From Lepidodermella squamata (taxonomy: Eukaryota; Animalia; Gastrotricha): a DNA stretch of 64,000 bases. Shown here in pieces: positions 13,879 through 28,800 of this stretch. The number at the start of each line of letters is the position of its first letter. The stretch's first letter is position 1. A model generated the notes under the pieces. It saw nothing but the letters and a program-made list of their open reading frames with translations. It ran no database searches and was not told where the DNA came from. Location: positions 1,426,001 through 1,490,000 of the forward strand of contig JBLDXI010000074.1 in the NCBI GenBank assembly GCA_047495785.1. The letters run 5' to 3'. A program made the position numbers and the translations under genes.

Positions 13879-16800
13879 ATGATGATTAGAACGAGAATGC
13901 GAAACCGTTTTCCGTGCCTTGCTATTGTTGCTTTCTCATGTTGCATCGTCGTTTTCAACTGCGAACGGGCGATCGCCGACGACGGCGTGCAATCACCGGC
14001 TGCTGATATCACCGTGAACACGGGCTCGTCGAAAGACGCCGCTTCTGCTGCTGCTGATGTCGATAATTTGCTCATGTCGGATGCAACGCCGACCAACGGC
14101 AACGGCGCCTTAACTTCGTGCCAAGGTATCATCTTTGGAAAATCGCAATTTTTCAGGAAATTTGCATATTTAGATATTAATTTACGCAATTTTCACATAT
14201 TCGCCGATAAAATTGCGGTTCATTCAACTTTTTTATTCAGTATTAAATTCTCCGTTGCCTTAAGATTTTTACTAAGGAATATGGTTGGATTTTTCGAAAT
14301 ATATTTTAGGATTTTCTATTATATAAACTTTTTTCAAAAGACCCACAAATCATTCAGTTGCGCCATGTCCCATTTTATTGAGATTTTTCTCCTTTGTTTC
14401 TGAATTTTTCCGTATTTTATATTGCGGCGAAATTTGATAGGCCAATTGAGCGCACTTCTTGAGATGATCGCAATAATATTGGAGCGCGCGCGCACGTGTT
14501 ATTATTAGAGGCCTCTGATTGCGCAATCTCGATATATTCGTTGATTTTCGATGGCCTATCTCGAGGCGATGAAATGGCGCAGCATCTGTCAACGCCGTAT
14601 AATTGAAGGTTAAGCAAGCGGCGACAGATTGAGCCAGGCCCGCCTGCCTGCTTGCCCGGCGACTAAATGTTTATCGGCAGTAATCAGTTGAGCAGCCGAG
14701 TGAACCGGAAAATCGCACCTTGGCCCGCCTGTTCGCGCCGAGGATCAACTGATGTTGTAGACTGCTTTCGCGTAGCATAATCGCGTTGTCGGCGGCTAAT
14801 CAATGTGTCTTGGAGCTATATCGAGAGGGATAATCGACGAAAATCAAATCGAAGCGGTGCGCATAAGTATAGTCTCGACATAATCTCAAGTTTAACAAAT
14901 TAATTTTCGAGGCTGTTCCAAATAACCTGCTGCCCTCGCTAATGACGTTGCCCAGAGATTAATTCATATTGGAGCAGAAAACTTGAAGAATTTATGGACA
15001 TTTTAAAGAGCTGTGAAATATAGCGAAAGTATCGAAAACTCCGAAGGTTTTTTGTCGAAAAAATTCGTAATTTTCGATAAACTTAGCGAATGAGTGTGCT
15101 AATCGGACACCCCAAATTTAAGGTTCCAATGCGCCAATGCGGTTCCTGCTCTAAATTTGAGACTCTACATTTTCCGGAAAAAAAGTTTCTTCAATTTTTA
15201 AGAGCCTGGAGAGCCAATATCGATGCCTAGTTCGAGTTTACAAATCAGCGATAATTCCGATATCAACCGTCGATGAACTCAGCATTGATAACTTTCTATA
15301 TTATACCTTAGTTGAAATAAATAAGCCAGGCTATGGGATTAAGGGGGCACCAGTATAACAAATGAACATCGCTAAAAATTGGGAAAATGAATGAAAGATC
15401 AAAAGTTATCGCCATGTCGATAAATAAGTTGACTTTTTATTCAATTTTGTTTGGAAAATTTGTCAATCTCAGTCTTCTGTTGTTTTCATTGAAAACTTTC
15501 TTAAGATATTTTCATACTTATTTCTCCTAAAGAAGGTTGCTGCCATTTTTCACCACCTCCTTGGCCTCGTGAAATGAATTATTTAGGCGTATTTTTCGGC
15601 TACCTGGCGGGCCATTTGCCAGTCTCAAGCCGCGCGCTCGAGCCGGTGCGCACCCGCTCCGCATTTTGCAGAAATAACAACAAAGCAAAACAATATTTAT
15701 TCAATTTTTATTATTCACCCTGCTGTATGAAATGTATCCATTCCATCGGCCACCACTTACTCGGGCGCGCGTGCGATCAAGCGAATTCAGCTGCTGCAAC
15801 AAGAAAAGACAACAAACAATAGGCTCGCGTCGCCGAGTTCGAAATTGGCGTCACCACGTAGTACACCGGCACACAGTTTTACACGCTCCATTTAACTGCA
15901 TGCATGCGAATATGCAATTTTTGAAATTCGCGATTTGCGATAAACTCAATTTTTGCCATCATCATCGCATCGCGTGAGCATTTCCGAGTCGGTAATCGGC
16001 ATCAATGTAACAAATAGCATTACGTACTTGTTATTAGTTATCAGCAGCAGCGATATGACAATTTGATGACACAAATTGAGGCTAATTTTCGGTGCCATGA
16101 GTACGCGCCAATTTTGGTGACCCAGCGTTGACCGCGGGTCTAGACGCGGATTCGCTGCTGCAAGTACTCTGAATTAGGTGCTGATGAAGTGTTAGACAAG
16201 CTAATAAAAGTACACGATATGATAAGCTAAATCAACTCGTCTCATGATAAATCCAATTTTCAGAGTTAAATAGCCGCTGATTAGCATACGACTGATAAGG
16301 GAATGAAATGTAATTAGCTCTAATATTTTGAAATTTTGAAATGGTTTACTTATCTTCGGGAAGTCAATTCAGTGTATGTTATATGAAAAATGAAGAAAGA
16401 ATTATTGAAAATTGTGGAGTAAAAATGAATTAACGAATGGTTTTATTAAACTTGTTATTTTCTGATTTTTTTGTAGATAATCCTCGGCAGTTGCGGATGC
16501 TGGCGATTGCGCAGCGGTCGATCATCCTGTACTGCGACGTGTCGCCGGCCGTGGCGGCGCACGACCACCTGATCCAGTGGAAGCGCGAGCCCGACCTCGC
16601 GCCCATCTTCGCCCGCCAGGGCACCTTCCTGCCTTACATTCACCCCAGCTATGAAGGTACATAGCAACTTGTTAACCGTTATGCTTTTCCCATGAAAAGG
16701 AACACAAAGTCTTTATTCTGAAAATACTTGAAAGCAAAATTACTCGAAAGAAATTCTGAGAACTTGAGAATTTACTTGAATGTAATGCAGAAGCGTAGAA

Positions 16801-19800
16801 AATTCAACTTTTTATTCGTCTAGATACCTATTGCCAAAGTTTTCAGGAAATTGTGTAATTTTATGTGTTAGAGGGATTGGATGGTTTCAGGGGCTGGAAT
16901 TGCGTTCTGAATGCCGAAATCTCAAGTTGAAACTTGCCGTTTTCCAATTTTTTCGACCATGGAAAGAGGGAATAGAGCAAAGCATATTTTGGCAAATCTG
17001 GCTGGGTTCGAAGGTTCGAAGTTAAGGTTCAGGGTTCGAACCTACCAATCCATGGTTGTTAGCTTCTTTATTTGCCATTTTCATTATTTTTCAGACCAAA
17101 AATACGTTGCATTAAATCTTCAACTTTCCAAGCTTAAAATCTTTATTTCGAGCAGTCTTGAGGACGGTAGCCAGGCCAGGAGATTCCAATTTTATTGACG
17201 TAGAATCGTAGAAAATTGACATTTTATTTTACTACTTCGAAGCACCCTGTTCTTTGCTCTTTTGGTTCCAATCGTCGATGAAGGTTTTACTAATAATTTT
17301 GGGATTGAAAATAAAATTATTCCTTTTCCTTGATTTATGGGATTTTTTAATTTTGTAGGCCGGTTGTCGATCGTCGACGATGCGCTGCTGAAAATCGACC
17401 CCGTGCAGGAGTCGGACGAAGGCTGGTACCGCTGTGAGATCCACTTCACGCGGCCGGAAATGTGTCCGCGCACGCCCAACCGCGTCCACCTCTCCGTGCA
17501 ATGTAAGTAGCCACCATTAACACAAAATACACGTATAGTCCCCTCACGTGGGACCTAAAATCAATAATAATTACCCATACCATCCGAACTTGCACAAAAA
17601 ATCGCCTCCAGGGCAAATTATCGATCAACATTTCCGATTTTTACCTGCATTAATTTTACATTTTTTTCCACAGCCCTGAGGCTTTTTCTCCCGTGGTAAC
17701 ACAAAGCTTCTTTTGTGTGAGCGTGGAATCATTTCGGTGCCAACTTGGCACCCAGTCAATTATATGAGTGCGCCCAATTTTGAGGGCGCTAAATTTGCGG
17801 CACTTGATGTTGTGTGTACCGATTCGTCATCATCTGAGAAGATAGAGAACACACAAAAAATAATAAAAATATCTATCACTCGCGGCCGCTTGATCTTGTT
17901 TTCTTATGGCTAATTGCTAAAATACGTGCTCGTCGTGATTTATTCGATTTATTGTTTTCATTCTGCTGCTACAACAACGACGATTCAAAACAGCGGACGC
18001 GCGTTTGTTCGGCGCATGTATCACAAATTGCGTTTCGTTTTTAGATGTATACGCGCAGGGAAAGGGCCGCAGGGTCGGTCGGTCGGCGAAAAAACTGATT
18101 TTTTCATCTAATAAAAATGGCGCATTTTTCGCCTCATTTTCTATTATCATTTTTATTGTGTTTCGTCGCTCTTGTTATACGCTTCCGGCTGCCTACTTTT
18201 CCTACGTTTCCTATATAGGAAACATTTTTATTACACGCACACGGCGGTATCAACTTTGTTTGCGGGCAGGACCGGAAAAATAAGGTCATCATCCAATGAA
18301 TGTAGTGGGCATGAAAAATCAAATCAAAGATCGCGCCGATAATTTGGCCAATTTATTTTCGAACACGCACTTGCCAAAATCGCCACGCAAATATCAACAA
18401 TTTTATTTTTGTTATCTCGACGTTATTTTTCTTCTCAAAAGAAATAATATTCTTCTTCGTTTTCTAGCCAATATCTAACGCTGAAACTCTTTGTATTCTG
18501 AAATTTTCGTCCATTTTTAATATTATATTATTCTCTGTATTCGTTATGTTTCTGGCCTAATTTTTATGATACACTTGAGTGTAATTACTTTCGATGAAAT
18601 GATATTATTTACCGTATAATCCTGATGTTTACCTTAATGATGAAATTGGTGCATTTTTTACGGCTCAATTTCAAGCGTTGTTGACACGACGACCTGTCAT
18701 CCGAGTCAAAAGTGTCGCTAATTAAAAAGTATTATAATATGGCGATGAATACATGCGAGGAGGGCATCGCTGTTATTATTACTATTATTATTATTGACTT
18801 GAATTTTTTGCTTTCGAAAATAAAAGGCGGGGTTTTAAGGCGGCTGGGCAGCAGCAACGGCGGCGGGTACGTATAATTAGGACGCTAGGCGTGCTCACGC
18901 TTCGGAACGCCCATTTACTTGAACATTAACGCGTTTAGTAGTCGTAGCAGTAATAGTAGAAAACGAAGACTTCCTTGTTGTGTTTGAATATAAATACACA
19001 CGCTAAACCGCGAAATGATCCACTGCCGTTATATGTATGGTAAAATTGAAGTTTAATGCGCCCGCGTCTCGCACAGATTCAATTTGATGAGCATGTACAG
19101 CATGCCGATGACCGGGCGAGCGCGCTTCATTATCGTGTCATCGCCTCCTCGCCTCTTCGCCTCGCTCGTCGTAAATTAGCCTTAACAGAATGCAGCAACT
19201 AGCTTCGAGTAGTAGCTGCAGCCTCTCGAAACGATAACGAGGCGATGATAAGGTGGTGGTAGTGGTGACACACACGCGAGTTCCGCACTGGCTCCGCCTC
19301 ATCTATATCGCGTTAAATTTAGCGGAAATACTCGCCAGCCCCTGAGTAAAGATACTCGAGGTGGTTACAACAAGTTGGCGGTGTGAAACTAATTAGGCGA
19401 CTCGCCACTCGACACGAACGAGGCGAGGCGAGGCCACAACCCCATAGACCACAGCCTAGTCTCTAAATTCCGCGAGACAATAGGTGGTGCCCTGCTACTA
19501 GCCCACACTTTCCCCTTATTTTCTTGAAATTTTAATCCTTTTCTTCCATAAACCTTGGAAATTTGTGAAACAGAATAATTAAGAACTTATTTTTTTATTT
19601 TTCCCCGAGATCTAGGATTTTTAGAAATTTAGAAATATTTTCTGCTATTTTTCAGAATAATTATTGAGCTTTTAGAGTAATATTTTTTAATTAACTCGCA
19701 TTAATTTCCAGATTTATTACGTAAATAATGATAGTATCGAATTTCTAAATAGCCTGGGCTGAATTTACATTCCATTTTCCACATCCTACTATGTACTACC

Positions 19801-22800
19801 CAGGCTCGGACGTAGATTTTCGATGATCAGCGGGGGTGCGCGGCTAACAAACCGAGCCGCAGTTTTGAGGTTGTGTTATTTTAGCGCTTCAGATCGTGAT
19901 GTGCGATATCGATATAATAGCTGCTGTATCTGTTTATGTTAATGTTTAACAGCGAGTGCGATGGCGGCATTTCATTAACACTTTCGCACAGGTAGCAGCA
20001 CCAACAGCACCATCAGCATCAACCGGCAGGCTGTTTATGATGATGAACGCTCCCCGTTTCAACGCGCTTGTGTTTCACTTTCAATTTAGGTATACGCTAA
20101 ACAGCCTCGCGGCGCCATTCAAGACCTTTCACTTGGATATAGATAGCCTCTTCATTATAGCTAAGGCCTAGATCTGATTTTCATTACGCATATAGTAGTT
20201 AAAGCCTAAAATTTTAGACCCTTTGCCGTAATTTTAAAAGTTTTTTCAATTCCCAAATCGCAAACTATTATTAGCTGCATTTCGAGGACAATTGTCCTAT
20301 CAAACGCCTGTCAACATTTTTAGAATGCAAAACTAGATGAATGCTGATTTCATCAAATGCAATGTTTTTTAGGGAAGTGTATTTCGCGTTGGAAAACGTG
20401 AAAACCAACCATAATTTTAGGCGTAATTCGTCCAAATTTTGAATTGAAATTTCAAATTTCAGCTGATCCACAAATTTCACTCTTTACCTATCCTGTAAAT
20501 AAAGGGAAAACTTTAGGAAGATCGAAAAAACAAAGATTAAGTAGGCTGTTTTACCCAAAGTTTAAAATTTAATAAAATAAAAATCCCAGAAAATATCACA
20601 AAATTATTTATATTTCTTTGTTGAATTTAGTTGATTTTAGCTTTTAGCTTGAATTAGTTTTCCAAGTTTCTCTGATTTTCCTGAACATCATTTGCGAGAT
20701 TATAGGAATTAGCTGAGCCAACCCCGAGCGAGTGCGCTAATTTTTTCGCGGGCGAAAATTTGTCCGCAAAAATGAGCGGGCTGTAAATATTTTTGTTGAT
20801 AGTGTTGTCTGATTTTTGGAATCGGCATGTCATTATTTTAAAGGCTCTAATAATATTATTATTTATTTATTCGTAAGACCCTTTGTGTTTTTACTCCTTG
20901 GCTCACAACGGCTCGCACGTGTTCTCAATACCTGCTGCTGCTGCTGCTGCCTGTTATCTATATCCATCCATCTATCGCGAATAAATACTGACCAAGTAAT
21001 GATAATACAAAGCGACAATAGGTAATGATGCTGTTTTTGCTACTCGCGAACACAAAAGCGAGAGCAAGAAATGATGCAGGCTATATATAACAGTTTTATT
21101 TAGACTCAAATACGTTAGTTAGTACGTTGGCATCTCGCGCAAGATATTTTCATTATCATTGCGATACACCGCTTTTTTCCCCACCTGGTCGCAACGCTTC
21201 AACAGGCAGAGATCAGCAGCTAGCTACTATATCGATACATACATCAAAATAGTTGTTCGTACATCGCAGACGGGAACCTATAGCTAACTTGGCCCTTTCC
21301 GAGATACATAGGTGCAAAGTACGATTTTTCCATCTACACTTTTTTAGCTCAAATTATTCGCGTATAAAATTAATGATGCGCTAAAAAAGGCAAAATGAAA
21401 CCGATTTTAATTACGGTTTTTATATTATGCTGCCGATTTTTGCCCGCCGCTGTTACCGCCGATGCTGGACTTAATTTTGCTGGTGAGTTGTTAAATTAAA
21501 TACTTGTTGAAATTTTTACGAGCAAGTAAGTATGCATACACTGGTTTGAATGAACTCTGGGTCACCCTGTAAAATAGCGACACTTTTGTCACGTCGCGTA
21601 TCTAATTTCGTGCGTTGACAAAGTTAACGACCGCGCGACAAATTTGCTTATCGCATCGATTTTTCTCACAGACCACAATAGGGTAATCCTTTTACAACGA
21701 CGTTACAACGCTCTAGGCTCAATTACTCGATAATACGTAATATACAGCACTCGTCTTCTTCTTGTTAAAATTAGCTCCCTTCCTCTTGAATATATATACT
21801 ACATGTTCTTCATAAAAATGTGCAGACTATCATTCCAATTCTTGCACTTGACCCAATGAACGTTCGATAATTTCGCAAATATAATTCGCAAATTTAATTG
21901 AAAAATATCTTCAAATTTCCTGGTTTGCCGACATTATTTTTGCGACTTTTCTTTAAATTAACAAAGCTCAAATCGAATGATTTATAACTTTTCTATTACA
22001 TTTTTGAGATGAAAATGTGCCTGATGATAATTTATTGTTTCTCTCAGTTTTCACCTTTTGGCTTTCTATTCAAGATGATAAAATGTCAGATGTTTCTCTG
22101 TTAATTGCCCTAGCTATTGTTCTGGCTGTTATTTTTTATTTCGCTAATCGCTGAAAATGCCGCGGCTTTGTTTCTAGGCCGGAGGCGCAACACCTTTTTG
22201 AAAGGCCGTGTCGGGCTTTGTTGCGCGCGACGTGAGCGCATTTTTGTGCGCGCTGGCGCATTATTAACGCGGTTACACGCGGCGCGCAATTAAGGTGTAG
22301 CTTCTTGTCAATCTCGCGCGCGCGCGCGGTTGCGTTATTTTATTTGTTTACAAAAATTAAATCCGCGGCCGTGATGCGAAAATAATGATGAATAAGTAAT
22401 GCGATAAGATGGCCCTTGTAATTTTTTCGCCATATTATAATCTAATCGGCGAGATGGTAATATATTACGATAGGCCTCGTCATTTTGTCATCTTGAACGA
22501 GCTGCTGAATTTCTAATCTGCAACTGATACTCGGCGTGTTTTTGTTTACCCATCATCGTAGCCTATCATATCGCCGTATAATATTCAATATATTTTATTT
22601 TGTGCTGCGTAAAAATGAGCGAGGTCGCACAATTTAATTACACCGCAGCGCGACGCCATCGTGATTTCGTTATTTTTTTCATGCGACCGACTACTTCCGC
22701 CCAATCTCGGCCTGACATTGATTGACACGGCCCACAACCCGGCCGGAACCGGAATACCCCAGCTCTACCTACTTTTTCCCATTTATCTTCTCTTTACTAC

Positions 22801-25800
22801 TTGACAAGCTTTAAATTTCATTGGAGCTAATTTGAAAATTGCATCACGTCCCAAAAAATGGTCGATGGATTTCTACATCATTTTTTGCATCATTTCCAGT
22901 TTCGGAATTTCTTCCCTTTTTCTAGCAAATCAAATCTATATCAAGATTTGTTGGGAATTTCGATTTCTTACTCTACATCTGAGAGAGTGTGACCTAGTTA
23001 AGGTATAAATTTCCGAAATGAATGATGAGTAGTCTGAGTTTGAGCGTTAAATGATAATATCATTATACGGCTTCTCGCCGACAAAGACGCGATTCTCAGC
23101 TATACCTACCAATTTAGTGCTGCTATTAAAAAGCTCTAAAGGTGCAATAACGTACCTAATAACTTGTGTGCCACAAGTAGCAGTGAAAACCGTGAAAAAT
23201 GTCTTGCGAGGCGGCGCATTTGGCACTTATTTGCGCGTGCCGTCCCCGTCTGCGGTCGGCGCACTGTCTCGGCGCACCACGCTCGCTCGGCCGCTGCTGA
23301 CCTCAATTATACGCAGCCGCGACACGTGCGCTCACTCACTCACTACCTATTACTTTATTAAGAAGTCTACTTATAGGTAATAGTATAACAGCAGTGATAA
23401 TTCATCACAATTTTTTGAGCGCAAAATCTGTTACAGTTGTTGTTATTTACTTCGTCGTGATTCGTGGCGAAAAAACTTCATCTCATTAATTTCGAGGTGG
23501 CAGGCTAAATATTATGGCTATCTTAATTTATTGTTATCACTCTGATCTTCGGCACCGATCCCGCGTATCGCAGTCAATTGACTCGCATCGCCTGGCGATA
23601 GATAGATAAATAAACAAATAAATATTTCGGCGAGTAATAAATAAAGGCAAACAGATGTCGGCCGCCGCTGTAATAGCAATATCTTTGCGCACTTTTTCGC
23701 GCTCGAGCGTGGCGCTTTTTGCGCGCTTCAGCGAACACGAGCGCAAAAACCCGCTGTGATGCACATTTTCACACGCACCGCGTACTATTATTATTGTTGT
23801 GATTATTTACCGCAAAAATCTCGGCCTTTACCCACCAGCGCCGCGAAACCGCGTCTCGATGTGCGATTTTTTTTTAATTCCGAAAAATCAATGCCCATCG
23901 ATTTGTTGCGTTGTTGTTCCCGCGAGGCGCGTCGGTTGACAACAAAATTTACGCGGCCTAATTAACCTTCTGTCTCCCATTGCGATTTGTTTTCCACCGA
24001 TTAATTTAGCGGACGATTTTACGAGCCTCACTCATATTCAGCATTAATCGCTATTGTTTCTCGTGTTATTTTGAAAAAATCTGCTACTCCTTCTGATCCT
24101 TCAAAATGTCCCAATATTTTCCACTATAATGAAATTCGAGTATTTTTGAAACTATCGATAGAATTTTTCAAACTTGATATAGGCTCTTTCCTCATGATTC
24201 AGAATCACCGGCACAATTTCAATTTTTTCCTCTTGAAACTTGATTTGTTCGATTTCGACAAATTCCATTTTTTGGAATTTTTGCCATTATTTTCGTAAAT
24301 TTCAAAATTTTCAATTCGCATTTGTGACGGTTTCGTGATGACCTCATGCCTTGTCATTGATTTTTTGTCACGAATCTATCTGTGGAATCCCCCACACTGG
24401 GGTGTCTCTGTTGTAGGGCGTTAATGGGCTTGGGCGTTGGTTTTAGCGCTCGCAGCAGCCACAGGTGATGAGTCATCACTCTGCGTGGCCATCATCAAAT
24501 GAGAGACACCACCAGCAGCTGCTGTTGACGCCGTTTTAGTATGACAGCAGCAGTCCTCAACACTACCTGTCACAAGTCACAACCACCACCACCACCTAAG
24601 TGGCAGTTGTTGGCAGTGTATTACTGGCATGAATAAGTCATACTATATTCAAGTAAATAAAACACTGATGATGCGATATACGCGGTGTTTACGGCCGCCG
24701 TAAAGACGACGAGATGCCCATCTATCTATCGCCGTAATATACGCCTATGTGACCGCGGCGTTTCGGCTTCCGCAGCCGCCGCCGCCGCCGATAGATACCT
24801 AGTTTTCTATATGTATGGCCAGTCATGAATGCCTCACGCGGCTCTGTGTTCTTCTTCCTCGCCGTGTCAAGTGCTTACTTTTTGCGTGTGAACCGATGCC
24901 GAGTGCGCGCTTCCGATATCAAATATTACAACAGCGGCCGAAAGAAGCGGCTCAGGTGGTGCGTTACCTGTGCGCCGGACCCTCCTCTCGCGCGCCGCCT
25001 ATTATTACAACTCTCTTCGCCACATCTCTACTAAACAATAATTATTTGTCATTGCAAAAAATTATTATTAGTACCATTAAATATGCCATGTATTATGCCT
25101 CAATTTTATTGACCTTGTGACATTAGATGCATTTTTTGCTACTTGCCCAATTTTTATATATATTACGGTTGTACAAATTGACCTCTCGTCTTAATCATAT
25201 TTTTTTCGAAAAATCTGAATTTTCAGAATTATTTAATTCGATCTTCAACGCAAATTGGCATATTTACTAGGTCGCACTAATATTTCTTTCGTTCTGAGAC
25301 CCGCTTGGTTTTTTTCGCTGTCGGTGTGCGCGGTGTTAATTGCGAGCGCGTGCGCGGTGTTTCGACGGCACCTATTCACGAGTGAGTGGGGTCTCTCTAT
25401 AAATAACCAGCCGCAAGCCGACATACATCTTTTTATGCCACGCAGCGCCTGCTAATGTTATTTTAATACTGCGCGGATTAAGCCGTCAGGCCGCGCTCGT
25501 AATTTACCGCTCTCTCATGGAAATTAAACCCAATTCAACGGGTTAATGAGCGAGCCGCTTTTTTGACCACCAGTTTTCTCGTCGGCCTTCCCGTGGCCAC
25601 CATAAAATGTTGCACCTGGGCGCTGGCTGCTGCTGCTGCTGAGATGATGACGAGGCGCTATCGATGACAGCATTATACGCGTGTTTATCCGCCGCGTCAT
25701 TTTAGTGCCAACTTATAAAATTTGAGTAGTAATGATAATCTCATATAAATTCTTAGCCGCTGACTATACTTGCTACCACTGCATTGTTACCTGAGTGAAA

Positions 25801-28800
25801 AACAAACACTGACAATGGCTGGTGGCAGCGTTTGAGCAGCAGCAGCTTATCCGCTCTTCTCACATGACAGCGACATATGAACTGCGTGTTTATTACAAAA
25901 TATATTATTTTTTCTTATTTACTCTACTAAATTAATATATGTAGCGTATTTCGCAGAAAATTAATTGAATTTTTTTATTTCTGGAGGCAGCAATTTCCGA
26001 TGAAGCGCCGAATTATTTTTTCTCACTTTCAAAGGGAATTGAAATTTCTAGGTCATGCATTTTTTCAACATTTCAGATTTTTCGAAATTTCGATAATTTT
26101 GAAATTTTGAATGCATTTATTATGCCCATTATTTATTTAATTTTTTGTTTATTTAATGTGACCCGTATTACATTGAGCTATCATCTTTCATCTCTTGTAA
26201 GATTTCACTTCAGAGCCCATGATTCTCGCTAGAACAATAATTACTTTCTTGTTGATACACACTTCACAGCGTTGATGGCCCCGCGCGCCTCGTTTTAAGG
26301 TGGCGATATGGCATGCCGCCCCTTTTTCTTCACATTATTATTATTGGTGTCACACACGAATATAACAACAAAAGCTGCGCGTGTGCGCTTTAATTGCGCG
26401 ACTCGGCCAAGCGAAGAAGACGCCTCGGAAATGGGCGGCTCGTTTCTTCGCGTGTTCTTCAATCGCGTACTGCAATAATACACTACTCTAAGTAACTTAA
26501 CTAGCTGGTTATGTAACCGGCCTTCTCGTCGCCACATCATCATAACATCACTTTCATCTTTTGATTTTATTATCGCCATTTTCGATTCACTCCGATATAC
26601 TTATTACTTATTATAGAGATGACCTCGTTAAGACTGTGTTATCTTGTCTTGTTACTGATTCGCAACGAGGGCTGAAAAGGTGGACACGAAGTGGATCGAT
26701 CCCTGTTTTACAAAAACTTATTGCATGTGGTGATTTGAGCTGAGACGGCTTAGAACTGAAGCCGGTCGCAAGATCTACGCATTTTTACCGCCTTCAACCG
26801 CCATGTGCCTTGCTCAACTACTGTTTTAATTTTCTACTTTTACACCTACTATTCGATTATTCGTTGCAACTGCAAATCCCAGGTATAATATTTCAATTGA
26901 GTACTGCGGGATAAAAATCGGAAATGATATCTGTGAATTTCGAAAATTTACCAGAATCTTGAAATTTTTGAATTCCATGACTAAAAAAACTTCGACATTT
27001 GATTTTTGAATTTTCCCCTGACGATGAATTATTGTCATTGAAATTTAAAAAAAAATTTAAATTTCGATTCAAGGAATTTCGGCATATTTTTTTTCCAACA
27101 TTCTATCAGCAATACTTTTTAATTTGAACAGAAAAATTTAATTTAACTTTCAGTTCTTCAATTTTGAAGTTTTCAAGTCGTTTCAATAATTTTTTTTTTG
27201 CTTTTTTCGCAAACAGCTCATCCTCAGCTGTTGACGAACGCGAGTTCGCCGGATCAGCTGAACCGGCCGATCGGGTCGAGCGAGGTGACGCTGACGTGCG
27301 TGTTCAGCGGCACGCCGACGCCCGAGGTCACGTGGACCAAGTACTCATGGTCGCGCGGCTACGAAGTCCTGCGCCCGTCGTCCCGCATCGCCATCTCGCC
27401 GACCTCGCTCACGATACGCGCCTTCTCGAAAGCAGACTCCGGCCGGTACCAGTGCCGGGCGGCGAATTTGGTCGGCGAGGCGACGCACCAGATCTCACTG
27501 GTCGCCGACGGCTCGGTGGTCCTCATCGTCCCGCCCTCGAATGTGACCGTGGACGAGGGCGATGAGGCGGTTTTCCACTGCAAGGTCGACGGCCACCCGG
27601 CCCGCATTCGGTACCGATGGTTCCGCGATGGTACTGAAATCGCCTTCCCGCCGCCCCTCGCCGCGATTTCGTCCTCTGAATCGGCGGCCAACAGCAATAA
27701 CGGCGATGCGGTGAGGTCGCGCCTCGACCGGTACACCGCTATTTTTTCGGGCCAGTCTAGCGTTCTAGTGATAAATCCGACGAATCGGCGCGACTCGGGG
27801 CGATACTCATGCGAGGGCTCGAATACTGAAGCCGTTGTGAAAACACCAGAGGCACATCTGAGCGTAAAATGTGAGTTGAAAAATTTGATTTAATGAGGGT
27901 ATCTAGTGTGGATCAGAATTGATCCTAAATTGATGAAGGGTATAGATTGCGATCAATAAAGTTTTATTCAGTTCAGAAAAGTAGCAATTGAGTCATGTTT
28001 GATCAATATTTGATCGCTTTCAAATTGGTGTCTTTAATTTCAGGTAAATAATCGGCATGCTTTAATTTTGAATTAAATTTTGTTCTCGATTCGCTTAAAT
28101 TAGACTGTTTGATATATGACCGGCGTCAATCTTGGATCAGATTAAGTAATCAATTTTAGACAAAAAATTCCTAAATTTATCCCCACAACTGGCAACGTTT
28201 TTTTTATCGAATCGAAACCTCTAGCGACCTGATAGAGTAACGTAATTTACCTCGTTAAAGACAAGCCATTACAATGAAAATACGATTATATATAAACCCA
28301 CCGATAGATGAAGTCGTCTTCCTCAAAAATACCGTATAATTATAATGACGAACATGCTTCATATCCTAATATTTTTATTAATAGCCATTATTCCGTGAAT
28401 TTCGGCGATTAAAAATCGCTTAATGTCATGTGAACATGCGGGTATATTAAAAATAGGATGCGATGAATAAGGAAATTATTAGCCTACTTGTTCCTTTATC
28501 CCGCACACTGAGCCAATAAATTTCGTTAGTTGATTTTCCGGATGAAGGACATAGAGAGACATAGTCGTTAGATATTTCCGGCCCGCTAAGACCGTCCTGT
28601 TTATCATCATCATCATCATCAGAGAATTATTATACGCGGCCACTTTCCAGTTCGCGAGGCTTTGTCATCAATGACATATATTTCGACGCGACATAATAGA
28701 GCGGCCCTTTTTCGATTTTTTTCGTCTCTAATCAAAATTCGAATTATGTTTGTCGCTCTATACATAACAGCAGCGATCGGTAGCACCGGTTTGTCACAAT

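Noticed and set aside
3330-27000. Numerous 60-110 aa ORFs in intergenic and intronic DNA
   Set aside because: No coding-like composition, splice support or recognisable motifs, apart from the exons listed as features.
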